Shown here: piece by piece, positions 47,001-58,419 of the stretch | Position numbering within the stretch: the first letter of the stretch is position 1 | How the letters are laid out: every line of letters begins with the position of its first letter | NCBI RefSeq assembly: GCF_964213995.1 | Contig: NC_135804.1 | Coordinates: 59,458,001 to 59,522,000, forward strand | Origin: Mustelus asterias | Taxonomy: Eukaryota | Direction: 5' to 3' | DNA length: 64,000 nucleotides | Position numbers and translations under genes: made by a program | Notes under the pieces: model-generated | What the model was told of the DNA's origin: nothing | What the model saw: only the letters and a program-made list of their open reading frames with translations | Database searches by the model: none

Positions 47001-48307
47001 TGGATTTTAAAAGCTTAACTAAAGTGTATAGTTCAATATCCAAGCCTGTTACAAAAGCAAATTAATTCTTGTTCACCGCGCGACATTTGCAGAAGCAACC
47101 ATTTCAGTGCGTTCCGATTTTTGGAAGTTGACTGAATTTTCCAACAGGCATTTTTTGCATTCTCGGTATTCCTGCTTTCTATTTTTTTTCGGCAAATTAT
47201 TGTTAGTTTCATAATCATTAGTGTAATAAGACTATCCTTTTGTAGTTTGATTAATATGTTCTGAAGCATTTTCTGCTCAAATTGATGAAGCCATTTAACA
47301 AAAGCAAAACCAGGATTATTGGAAACCAGACAGGTTAGTTCAGGGGACAGCCTTAATTGTGTGACAATTAAGGAATAATTAGTTCATTAGTAGAAATGCT
47401 AGAAATACTGGAAATGTAATTTGGAAAAGAAAACTTTCTAACTTTTATAATTATGAACAAATCATTAACACTTGATTATTAATACAGTTTCTTAAAGTGC
47501 TGTGGGAATAAAAATCTAGTGTACTTCTCAGGCCGCAGAATGAAAAGAGATAACATGACTTGTTAATCTTGTCTAGAAAGAATGAATAGGCACTTGATTC
47601 AGGAGATGTTGAAATATGTGGATAGCGAGGGAGAGAGAGAGCGTTTGATGGTTAGGCGTTGAGAGTTATTTTCTACGTTTTTCGGAGTCGTCACTTCAGA
47701 ACATGGCCTTTGAAGGGTGACAAGAAGTCTCTTCAATTGTTAAAGATAAGCTCTCTCCGTTTATTGCTCATTACTAATAGCACATTGCTATTAATTAGCA
47801 CTTTGCCTTTTATCTTTCTGACATTTTACCTTTTTCATAGTTAATAAACATTTTGTACTCGCCATTTAGAGTGATCCTTCTTCCAATATGGTTAAGTCTT
47901 TGGAATCTGATGCGATTTTTAAATGGGTGGTAATTGCAAACAAGTGATCCCCATAAATCTTAGATCAGATAAATAAATAAAATATAATACTGCCTCTGTA
48001 TGAAGAAGATTCCGAAGGGTACAGGGGACGTCGCTTCATTACTGATTGATTGAAAATTGCGTTGCCTTTTTCTAAAAGGCTTTGAAATAAATTTGAGGTT
48101 GAAGTCTCAACACATATATATTTCGTGTGATAGCATTTACTTTATATTGTACTCGATAACAGCTCGCACACCATCTTTAAGCATCAGACCGTTGATTAGC
48201 GTACTTGGTGATTGTTGTTCCCACAACCATCCTGCTGCTTATTAAAATTGCTGTTAAATTCAAGCATGTTGTGTTGATCGCTATAACTTATTTAAACTGA
48301 CAGTGTA

Positions 48308-48655
48308 GGCAATGGCCTAGTGGTATTATTGCTAGATCATTAATTCAGAAACTCAGTTGATGTTCTGGGGACCCGAGTTCGAATCTCGCCACGGCAACTG
48401 GTGGACTTTGAATTCAATAAAAAATATCTGTAATTCAGAATCCACTGATGACCATGAAACCATTGTCGATTGGTGGAAGAACCCATCTGGTTCATGAAGG
48501 AAATCTGCCGTCCTTACCCGGTCTGGCCTCGATGTGACTCCAGAACCACAGCAATGTGGTTGACTCGCAACTGTTCCCTGAACAAGGGCAACTAGGCCTG
48601 GGCAATAAATGCGAGCCAGCCAGCGACGCCCATGCCCTACGAATTAATTAAAAAA
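48308..48655 (+). mobile_element. tRNA-derived SINE (second family), most complete copy
   Basis: A box TGGCCTAGTGG (48313), B box GAGTTCGAATCTC (~48375), A-rich 3' end; several relatives in the window. Confidence 0.8.
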
Positions 48656-49951
48656 TCCTCTGGTCATTGTCTGCATCCGCTCCATAGTATCCATTAACTG
48701 TAAGAAATAGAATTGTTCTATGTGGGCACCTATGGATACAAAAGGACACTTAGTTGTGTTGTAATAATTTGAAAAATATTTAACATAATCACAAATCGGG
48801 GTTTATGTCATATTCTTCTGGACACGCCCTATCTGCGAGATAGGCAGTTTCCTGGCAGTTCTCAGGAGAACTCAATACCACACGGTGATATCCGTAGATA
48901 TTATCCCGTTATTCCGGCTGACGTGTCGAAAGTAACTGCCTAAATTATTCTTTGTTTTTTTTGAACGAAGATGTTTATTTTTCTTCACAGTTAGGAAATT
49001 GAGTAGGATGCATAGATATAGACAAAAGCCAATCGAATGTAGAATGTAGAATCACAGACACAATTGCAGTTTCATAATCACAAATTCACTCAGTTATACA
49101 TTTTATACCTTTACTGCGACCAAAGTCTATCCAAAGAATTAAACAATTAAAACATGCATGAAAACAAAGCCCAAGCAAATTGTAAAGGTATAAAGTGCAC
49201 AGGGCCTTAAACTGTTTAAGTTTCAACTCCATGACCTTCTTAGAAAATAACTGTTACGACAGCGCAATACGACATTCCTAACTTTTGAGAGGTGCCCATT
49301 ATCCTGCCACCCAGCAGACAACGGCACTTCTTTTCGGGTTGATTACGTTTCAATCAGGGAGGCTTAATTTAGGTATGAAATAAATGCAGCGCATCTCTGT
49401 CTCACCCAATGCGTGTCTGATAACTACTTGTACTTTGCGTTCGGCTTTCTAATAACTCTTTCTTAACCTAACGCCTAATCCTATCTGACGACGTGAGCCC
49501 AGATTTTGTGTCTCGAATATTTACGCGATGCTTCCAAGCAGATGCACAATTCACTTTGGACATTATAATTACTATTTTGGGAATGGCTGCCAAGATCATC
49601 TGGTCCTGAGATTCGCTTTTAGTGTTCACAAAACTTTTAACTATACTTCCAGTGATTCCTGATACCAGAACTATCGCCATTGCCGTCAGACCTGGAATAG
49701 AATTCACCCTTAATCTCACTGTGGTCACAGCATGCTCTGCCTCTCATCAGTGTTACTGGGAACTCGCTAATGTTTTCAGAATAACAGGCTCTCTATCAAT
49801 GTTTTAGACCCCGAGACCATGAAAAGATAGCTCAACTCGATCCAACATTTCTAAACATTGATATTCCGGAAGTCCCGAGATTCCGGGGTTGCTGGAGTTG
49901 TGCTTAACCTGATTCCATTCTGAACATGCAAGTGTTCCATTGGAGTATTGT

Positions 49952-50595
49952 TAAGAACAAAGAACAATACAGCACAGGAACAGGCCCTTCGGCCCTCCAA
50001 GCCCGCGCCGCTCCCCGGTCCAGGATTGAATCCTGAATCCAGGATCCCCGCCCAATTTTCCAGCCTATCTACATACTTATATCCTATCCACCGAGCTGTC
50101 CCTCACAGCTACGATGCTTTGTTCATCACAACCTATTAACTCACCCCCACCCCCCCCCCCCCCCCATTCCAGACCATGTGATCTCCAGGGAGAGGCGAAA
50201 ACCCAGAGTGAAAACCCCAGGGCCAATATGGGGAAAACAAATCTGGGAAATTCCTCTCCGACCCCCTGAGGCGATCGAAACGAGTCCAGGAGATCTCACT
50301 GGCCCTGATCGGAAAATGCTTCCCAACCCTATTCATTTCCACTTCCACGAACACCATCTGAATTCCCTGCCCCCGAGACAGGTTCCCAACTATCCGCAGT
50401 CTCGCTCTGTACTGGCACCAGCAAGATGATCATAGAATGAAGCCTTGAAACGAGAAACAAAGAACAATTAGCCCGCGCCGCTCCCTGGTCCAAACTAGAC
50501 CACTCTTTTGTATCCCTCCATTCCCACTCCGTTCATATAGCTGTCTAGATAAGTCTTAAACGTTCCCAGTGTGTCCGCCTCCACCACCTTGCCCG
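49952..50595 (-). mobile_element. 5'-truncated CR1: last ORF2 codons plus extended 3'UTR cassette and tail
   Basis: 50495-50595 is homologous to the ORF2 end at ~28866-28960; the remainder matches 23572-24008 and 53550-54030. Confidence 0.9.
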
Positions 50596-51813
50596 TTCTT
50601 CCAAAACTTGTCAGAAATGCCACAGAGACTTTCCATGTTTAATAAAACTGATGTGGCGCCGTTTCTCCCAAATAATCCACAATACACGTCTGCGCTTTGT
50701 TTTTATATGCTGGTACTTTGTTCCACAAACCAACGCGAGTAATACTTCCAGCAATTCTAGTTATAGGTGTTTTGCTTTTTTATGGGCTGTTACGATCTTC
50801 GAGTGAGCAATTTAAGTGTCAATCATGGCACAGTTGACAGCAGTTCCGCCAGTGATTCAGAAGGTTTTTAGTTCCAGTCGCACTCCAAATATCAAGGCTG
50901 ACACCACAGTGCACTTCTGAAGGAACGATTCACAGTTGTATCTGTCGCCTTTCGGACGCAACTTCATACTGCGGCCCCGCCTGCTGGAAGGCGCTCGGAA
51001 AGAATTCCCAAACATGATCTGATTCACCTCCCCTGCCCTAGGGAACGCAGCTGGCGGGAATGCCCGGAATGAAGTGACAAGTCGATCAAAAATGAAAGCA
51101 GGTAAGCATTTGGGCCTGCAGTTTACGCACCTCGTGGAAAGCATGACAAACGCTGCTCTCATCATTACGCAGCGGGCGAGGTACAACGTCCAGAGCACCA
51201 CCCTCAGCAAGATCCGATTACTTGAGGAGAGTCGGTTCAAGGAAATTGGCGGTGGTGACGTAATTTGTCTATGGAAATGAAGAACTGTACGCAGCCGGGA
51301 TCGACTTTTTGAATCTAACCTACCTTGGTTTCTTTATCTGAGTAAGGATGTCCTTGCCATAGCAGGAATGCATCTAAGGTTTACCAGGCTGATCCCTAGG
51401 ATGGCAGGTCTTCATATGAGGAGAGATTAAGTTGGATAGGATTATATTGACTGAGATAAGAAGTGAGAGAAGGGAAGTTTCACAGGGAAGGGAAGGGAAG
51501 AGAAGTGAGAGACGTTTCTCAGGGAAACTTATACAATTCTAACAGGGTTAGGCAGGGTAGATTGAGAAGGAATGTTCCAAATGGTGGCGGAGTCCAGAAC
51601 GAGGGGCCATAGTTTTAGGATGATGGTAAATCTTTTAGAACTGAGGTGAGAAGGAATTTCTTCACCCAGAGAGTAGCGAATGTGCGGAATTCACGAGCAC
51701 AGAAGGTAGGCGAGGCCAAAACGTTCTCTGATTTCAAAAACAAATTTCAGACAGCTCTGGGGACGAAAGGAATCAAGGGATATGGGGGAAGGTGGGATCA
51801 GGATACTGAATTC

Positions 51814-54037
51814 TGAAGAAGTGATTTAATTATTCATTTATTCATTTAAGGATATTCCTTGTATATTTCGCGGGCTTTTTTCAGGGTTTTGAATTGAGGA
51901 AGTGAGGTCAGCTGAAGGGGATTCTGGGAGGTTGAGTCTTAGTATAAAAGGCAGTTACCTGGGGGTTCGACCTCTTTGTTTGACTGGAGTGAGACTGGGG
52001 GAGAGAGTCTTAGCAGGAGTGCTGAGAGTAAGCAAAGAAGTGATTTAATTATTCATTTATTCATTTAAGGGTATTCCTTGTATATTTCGCGGGCTTTTTT
52101 CAGGGTTTGAATTGAGGAAGTGAGGTCAGCTGAAGGGGATTCTGGGAGGTTGAGTCTTAGTATAAAAGGCAGTTACCTGGGGTGTTCGCCTGCAGCATAA
52201 AAAGCCGGCTGCACTATACAGCGGGCAGCGTCGGGAGCGGGCAGTGGAGTGAGTGGGAAGCAGAGTGTGAACTATAAGGGCTTTGGCTCACAGGGCTTAG
52301 GCTGAAAGGGCGAGGCAAGGCTAGTTATTTTTTATCCAACCCTATAAAGGACAAGGGCAGGTATGAGTGATCGGCCAGTTCAGTGCTTCCGATGTGGGAT
52401 GTGGGAGTTCCTGCAAACACCTAGCTTCCCAGAGGTTCACATATGTGCCAGGTGCGTGGAACTGCAGCTCTTGAGGGACCGTGTCATGGAACTGGAGCTG
52501 CAGATCGCTGACCTTAGTCTAGTCAGGCAAAATGGGAGAACAATTGACAGGAGTTATAGGCAACTAGTTATACCGGGGCAAAGGGCGGAAGACACGTGGG
52601 TCACAGTTAGGAGGAGTAAAGGGCAGAAGGGTAAAGTACCAGGGAGTACTCCAGTGGTGGTCTCTCAAAATAGGAAGGGCTTGGTGACAGGTGTGAGAGG
52701 AGAGGGGAGTGAACAGTTAGAAGAGGGGTCACCTGTGGTTGTCCCACTCCAAAACAGGTATATTGTTTTGGATAGTGTGGAGGAGTGTGCCTCTCCAGTG
52801 GGAAGACACAGTGACCAGGTCACTGGCACACAGTCAGGCTCTGTGGCCCGGCAAGGGAAGAGAGGGGTTAGGAGAGCGATAGTGGTGGGGGATGCATCAG
52901 TTAGAGGCACAGACAGGCGATTCTGTGGGTGCGAACGGGACTCCAGGATGGTAGTCTGCCTACCTGGTGCTGGGGTCACGGATGTCTCCGAGCGGATAGG
53001 AGGCATATTAAAAGGGGAAGATAAAGAAACGGAGGTCATTATACACATTGGTGGAAATGACGTAGATAGGAAGAGTAGGGGGATCCTAAGAGAGCAATTC
53101 AGGGAGTTGGAAAATAGGTTAAAAAGTAGGGTCACTAGGGTGGCCATCTCTGGGCTGCTCCCAATGCCTCGTGCCAGTGAGGCTAAGAATAGGGAGTTGG
53201 TACAAATGAATGCCTGGCTAAAGGACTGGTCCAGGAGGGAGGGCTTCATTTTCCTAGATCAATGGGAAGTTTTCAGGAGTGGATGGCACCTGTACAAGAG
53301 GGAGGGGTCACAACTAAGTTGGAAGGGTACAAATATCCTGGCTGGGAGCTTTGCTAGTGCAGTTCAGGGGGGTTTAAACTAGCATGGCAGGGGGGTGGGG
53401 ATCAAAATATTAGTTCTATAAGTGTGGAGGCTGGGGACGAGCTTGGGGCTGGGACAAGGCTGGCAAAGAAGAAGAGCACTCTGGGGGAGGACGACCTCAC
53501 TGGGCCTGGAGGTCTGGAGTGCTTATACTTCAATGCAAGGAGCGTAGCAGGCTTCATTCTATGATCATCTTGCTGGTGCCAGTACAGAGCGAGACTGCGG
53601 ATAGTTGGGAACCTGTCTCGGGGGCAGGGAATTCAGATGGTGTTCGTAAAGCAGAAGTGGAAATGAATAGGGTTGGGAAGCATTTTCTGATCAGGGCCAG
53701 TGTGATCTCCTGGACTCGTTTCGATTGCCACAGGGGGTCGGAGAGGAATTTCCCAGATTTTTTTCCCCCATATTGGCCCTGGGGTTTTCACTTTGGGTTT
53801 TCGCCTCTCCCTGGAGATCACATGGTCTGGAATGGGGGGGTGGGGGTGAGTTAATAGGTTGTGATGAAGAAAGCATCGTAGCTGTGAGGGACAGCTCGGT
53901 GGATAGGATATTAGGATGTAGATAGGCTGGAAAATTGGGCGGGGATCCTGGATTCAGGATTCAATCCTGGACCGGGGAGCGGCGCGGGCTTGGAGGGCCG
54001 AAGGGCCTGTTCCTGTGCTGTATTGTTCTTAAAAAAA
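51814..54037 (+). mobile_element. Internally deleted ORF1-only CR1 (~2.2 kb)
   Basis: 5'UTR tandem repeat (219-bp period, 51816/52035), intact ORF1, ~57 codons of the ORF2 frame, then the 3'UTR cassette and tail; TSD AATTC at 51809-51813 and 54038-54042. Confidence 0.9.
52363..53382 (+). CDS. CR1 ORF1p (zinc finger/leucine zipper plus SGNH esterase-like domain, 339 aa)
   Basis: CFRC..HICARC, VVGDASV, VCLPGA, HIGGND; clearly homologous to 37259-38197. Confidence 0.93.
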   Translation: MSDRPVQCFRCGMWEFLQTPSFPEVHICARCVELQLLRDRVMELELQIADLSLVRQNGRTIDRSYRQLVIPGQRAEDTWVTVRRSKGQKGKVPGSTPVVVSQNRKGLVTGVRGEGSEQLEEGSPVVVPLQNRYIVLDSVEECASPVGRHSDQVTGTQSGSVARQGKRGVRRAIVVGDASVRGTDRRFCGCERDSRMVVCLPGAGVTDVSERIGGILKGEDKETEVIIHIGGNDVDRKSRGILREQFRELENRLKSRVTRVAISGLLPMPRASEAKNRELVQMNAWLKDWSRREGFIFLDQWEVFRSGWHLYKREGSQLSWKGTNILAGSFASAVQGGLN

Positions 54038-55261
54038 AATTCGATGATCAGCCATGATCAAAATGAATGATGGGGTAGGCTCGAATGGCCTACTCCTGCT
54101 TCGAGTTTCTATGTTTCTATCTTATCAGTAAATTGACTGACCTTTCCAAGGGTGTCAATGGTTGTCTGTTAGCCCTTAAACCTCCCTGCATGGCAACAAG
54201 CAAGTAACTTCCACAGGTGTTTCCACCTCTCGCATAACCAACACTGACGAAGCCCCCAATATATTCTACTTCTTGCTTATTGCTGTTCCAAAATAAGATA
54301 AGTTTATCATCCTTCCTTGGTAAGCTTCAGCGGTTGCGCAGACCTACGGGCAGGGAACGTTTAATTGGTGAAGACGGTCAGTTGCAACATAAACTGTTTC
54401 TTCTCGCTGAAGATATCTGCTGAATGTGCGTTCTGAATCATCAAGTTTCCCGCCTCTCTGATCGCAAAGAGCCGTCTTGTTTGCACCCGTGCTCCATGCA
54501 TTAACATCTACTCCTCTATGTCATTAATAGGCAGAGGGACAGATAGGACGTGCTTACAACGAATGACTACCGTTTCCCCGCTAGATGCCCCCAGAGCACA
54601 TGGGTCCAGAAGCGTCTCAAGCTTCAAGGCTCAACCAGGCAATCATGAAGGAATCTATTACTGAAAAACTCAAGAGTTGCCTATGTATAGCGAAAATAAA
54701 CTGCATCAAAGTTGACTAGCTAACCTTGAGATATATGGTGCACTCCACTGTTCCAGTGGCCATTGGCCCTACAGCGTAGAGATCACCATTGGTTTCACCA
54801 AAAACTAGGAGTTCCGGAAACAAGCAGAAGAGAAGCATCATGCAGTAGAGGTCCTACTTCAATGACAAGTCATCACTATCCAGGCACATTGCCGACACGT
54901 CCACCTACAGGACTCTCCATTGCAAGTTCGAAGAAATTTAAGAAAGTTGGCCGAATCAGAAAACAGGTGAACTTCCGTCACATTCCAAACACAAAGGCTG
55001 GAATATATTCTACGATGCTCTGAAGTCTGTCTGTCAACTCCCACTCTACGAGTACGTTCCCATTTATCAGTGTCATGATGTTAATATTGGTCACAGGGAA
55101 TAACCGCACACATTCTAAAATGACGGGCAGAGAGATTTAGATACATCTTTCATGAACTTCCACCCCTTAACGAGAATAATGAACATGCTACTACTGGTGT
55201 CCATCAAATGTTCTGCTGAGGACGCGGACTTTCCCCACACCCCCGTCCAACAAAAGTTCCC

Positions 55262-55325
55262 CGCCGCACCGCCGCCACCACCCCCCCCCCCCCGCCACCA
55301 CCGCCCTCTCCCCCCCCGCCGCCCC

Positions 55326-55356
<31 letters not shown>

Positions 55357-55360
55357 CCCC
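55262..55360. repeat. C-rich low-complexity tract ending in (CA)n
   Basis: Long C runs with CCG/CCA units. Confidence 0.9.
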
Positions 55361-55419
55361 GTCACCTTTCGCCATGCAGTTAGAAATGATGCTGCTGACT
55401 AGCAGCCAAGCTCCGGGAG

Positions 55420-57230
55420 TTGATTACCTCTCAGCTGTGGTGCACAAGGCCAGGGGTAATTGGCTGGTCAAAACGCTCAATGAACTATTTCAGCCCAAAT
55501 GCCAGTAAGGAATCATTCCACAAAAACAGAAATATGTTTCCATTATCGACAAATACAAACTGAAAGAAGCTCTGCAATCTTGTGGCAATGAAAGGTGAAT
55601 CTCACTTCTCTGCATCATCAGAAAAGTATTCAGCAGACTCCTATCGAACTTTTAGTACGTCATCTTGATCAGAATGTGCAGCCAGAGAGATAATGTGGTT
55701 TCTGAAAAGGCTGATGGAGCTATGATACCGTGTCTGCAGATAGACCGCTCAAGGATGAATGTTAGGAAAATAACACGGACTTCGACACCACTTTTGTTAA
55801 CCTGACCATTTCCTTCAACACATTCCGTCATGAGGGCATTTGAAAGGTACTGGAGAAGTTAGACTGCACTGGGAAATTCATCACAATGGTTCAGCAGTTT
55901 CACCACGGCATGCTCACGGATGTATTGGATGATGCTGAGTCATCTGATTCATTCCGTGTCACTAACGGAATAAAACAGGACTGCGTGCATGTTTTTGTTA
56001 ATCCACAGGGCTCAGCAATGCCTTCAAAGATATCCATCCGATCATTGAAATCAGATATCATATGGGCGGGAAGCTGTCTGAACTGAGACGGCTCCAAAGA
56101 CTACGGTCTCCAAGACCGTATTTGACGATTTCATGTTTGTCGATGACAGTGCACGAACTGTCGGATCCGATCTTGACATCCATCGTAGCATGCGCGTGTG
56201 TTCCACTGCATGTGCCAACGTTGGCCTTATGATCAGCACAAAGAAAACCGAAGCAACGTACCAGCTTGTTCCAGCGAAGCCCTATCTCAAGTTCGGTGGC
56301 CCATAGTGGTTCGCTTATGTTGACTGCCCTCTCTCTCGCTGTCCCCTCTCCCTTCTTTCTCGATCATTACATCCACAAAACGCCAGCAAGAATTGTAAAA
56401 GCACCTCTGTAACCATTAAAACACCACGAAGACGAACAGTCTGCCTACCAGACTGAAATTCTATGGAGCAATGATCCTCTCTATGCAGGCCACGGCGCTG
56501 GAAATTGTACCTCCGCCATGCCGAAAAGTTCGACGGCACGGTAGCACTGTGGTTAGCACTGCTGCTTCACAGCTCCAGGGTCCCGGGTTCGATTCCTGGC
56601 TCGGGTCACTGTCTGTGTGGAGTTTGCACATTCTCCTCGTGTCTGCGTGGGTTTCCCCCGGTTGCTCCGGTTTCCTCCCACAGTCCAAAGATGTGCGGGT
56701 TAGGTTGATTGCCCAGGTTAAAAATTGCCCCTTAGAGTCCTGGGATGCGTAGATTAGAGGGATTAACGGGTAAATATGTGGGGGTGGGGCCTGCGTGGGA
56801 TTGTGGTCGGTGCAGACTCGATGGGCCGAATGGCCTCCTTCTGCGCTGTAGGGTTTCTATGATTGATTCTATGATTTGCTGTGGCTTTAACTTGAGTTAT
56901 CCTTGGAAGCTTCTGAAGATTGGATGGTCGTACAAAATACAGACAGTGATGGGTTGACCCGAGCTTGTATGTCAAACATCCGCACAATAAAGAGAGGTCA
57001 CAACTGAATTGAGTTGGTCTGATTGACAGAATGCCTGGCACTCGTTCACCAAAGTTAATCTTCTATGGAGATCTTGAGTAAAGGGACTCCCACAGTCAAA
57101 GGAACAGCTACGAGGACATTCTGAAGACTTTGCTTTGGCGTGTTAATATCGACCCTGATTCATAGGTGAAGTTCATCGAGGTTTGCGGCATCTGGTGCAA
57201 TGGAACAAAAACAAATGGGCGTGGGATCGT
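55420..57230 (+). mobile_element. Decayed RTE-clade LINE RT region, interrupted by a SINE
   Basis: KFITMVQQFHHGM...SDSFRVTNGIKQDCV, DFMFVDD, GLMISTKKTE, RMP..R.PKLIFYG.L motifs. Confidence 0.7.
56534..56876 (+). mobile_element. Full-length HE1-type V-SINE (tRNA head, V domain, CR1-derived tail)
   Basis: A box TAGCACTGTGG, B box GGTTCGATTCC, central TGTGTGGAGTTTGCACATTCTCCTCGTGTCTGCGTGGGTTT..TTTCCTCCCACAGTCCAAAGA, tail GATGGGCCGAATGGCCTCCTTCTG..(TTCTATGA). Confidence 0.9.
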
Positions 57231-57979
57231 TCAATTTTGAGAATCATTTACATTGGTTTAGTTATTGGCATTCGTGAAATAATCACTGTGTGCCAACCCA
57301 ATGTGGTTTTATGCTGAATTATGGGACAGGAAGTCACCATATGACTTGGTCGTACCATCACACTCAAAATTAACAAGAGAAAAAGAATGTATGCCCTTAA
57401 GCTTGGCATGCAAGATGGCAAGGTTGACCAGTTAATGGTATGGAACCATCCACCTCCTTCACAATTAAAATTCTCAACTCCATTCCATTAATTCAAAGTA
57501 CTATTATGCAAAGAAACACAACATTTAGCTTTGTGCTTTAAATTGAGACAGTTTAAAATGTGATATTTAAAGGAAGTCAATTTCAAATTCAAGACGTAAC
57601 CAGCTTTGATTTTGCAAGTTTAGGATCAAGTTCTGTAATTCGCTTTTGTAACTCTACAGTTCTTTTAAATTTCAACATATATTTTCAAATCACTTTCGAG
57701 CATTGATTCTACATGTATTCTGTATAGCCTTTGCGTATTTTCTGTAGCTTTAAGTTTGGCAAAACTATTCTGCAATTTTACTTGACTTATACCAAGAACA
57801 GCAACAACAAAAACACACTATAACCAAGCAGTTGCCCAAACAAAACCACGTTGATGAGTGTCTGTTTTAATGAAGTTCTACATCCACTGGACATCTGGAC
57901 AAATGAGTGCATTTTCCCAGGCATCTCATTCTGTCTTATCTCAAATAAAAGTAGAACTATTCTGACTCACATTCTTCGC

Positions 57980-58000
57980 GTGTGTGTGTGTGTGTGTGTG
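57980..58000. repeat. (GT)n microsatellite
   Basis: About 10 GT units. Confidence 0.9.
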
Positions 58001-58419
58001 CTCCCACGTGCTTTATGTACTATGTCAGTTCTATGCAAATTGCTTTATTACTTTTAAGGTTATAAGCAAATTTATCAATCAATGTTTTGTTGCAAAAATA
58101 AATTAACTCATCCCAAAAAACCAAAGTAATATCGACCTTCTAATCACCTATGCAAAACAGAAAGTCGCTGATAGGAATCTGATTTGAACGCAAATAAATG
58201 AAATCTGAGACTATGAGCTCAAGATATCAATCGCGGGGGCATGACAATATATTTCCCCCATTCTGAACAACTAGGGAATGAAGATAGCGTGAAATATGAT
58301 ATTATCTTAACAAGAAGTAAGTAAATTAACAAACTAACTTTAGTGACTGGACTGGTCCCAGAAGTAACTGACATCTTCGAAGGCCATTCAGGGGACAGTA
58401 GTAAATATGAGCAGATATT

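Larger units (their letters stand above)
51325..54120 (+). mobile_element. Old CR1 3' fragment (51325-51813 plus 54043-54120) split by a younger element
   Basis: FRTEVRRNFFTQRVANVRNS. The 3'UTR GGATACTGAATTC/GATGATCAGCCATGATC is contiguous once the insert is removed. Confidence 0.85.

Noticed and set aside
50857-51280. GC-richer segment with 127-aa and 68-aa ORFs
   Set aside because: No recognisable domain, splice signals or second copy in the window.
55115-55508. Poly-Pro / poly-Gly ORFs
   Set aside because: By-product of a C-rich low-complexity tract; no splice or domain support, and run lengths may be unreliable.
56534-56610. tRNA gene
   Set aside because: The A/B boxes belong to a SINE head that continues into the V domain and LINE-derived tail; I see no complete cloverleaf.
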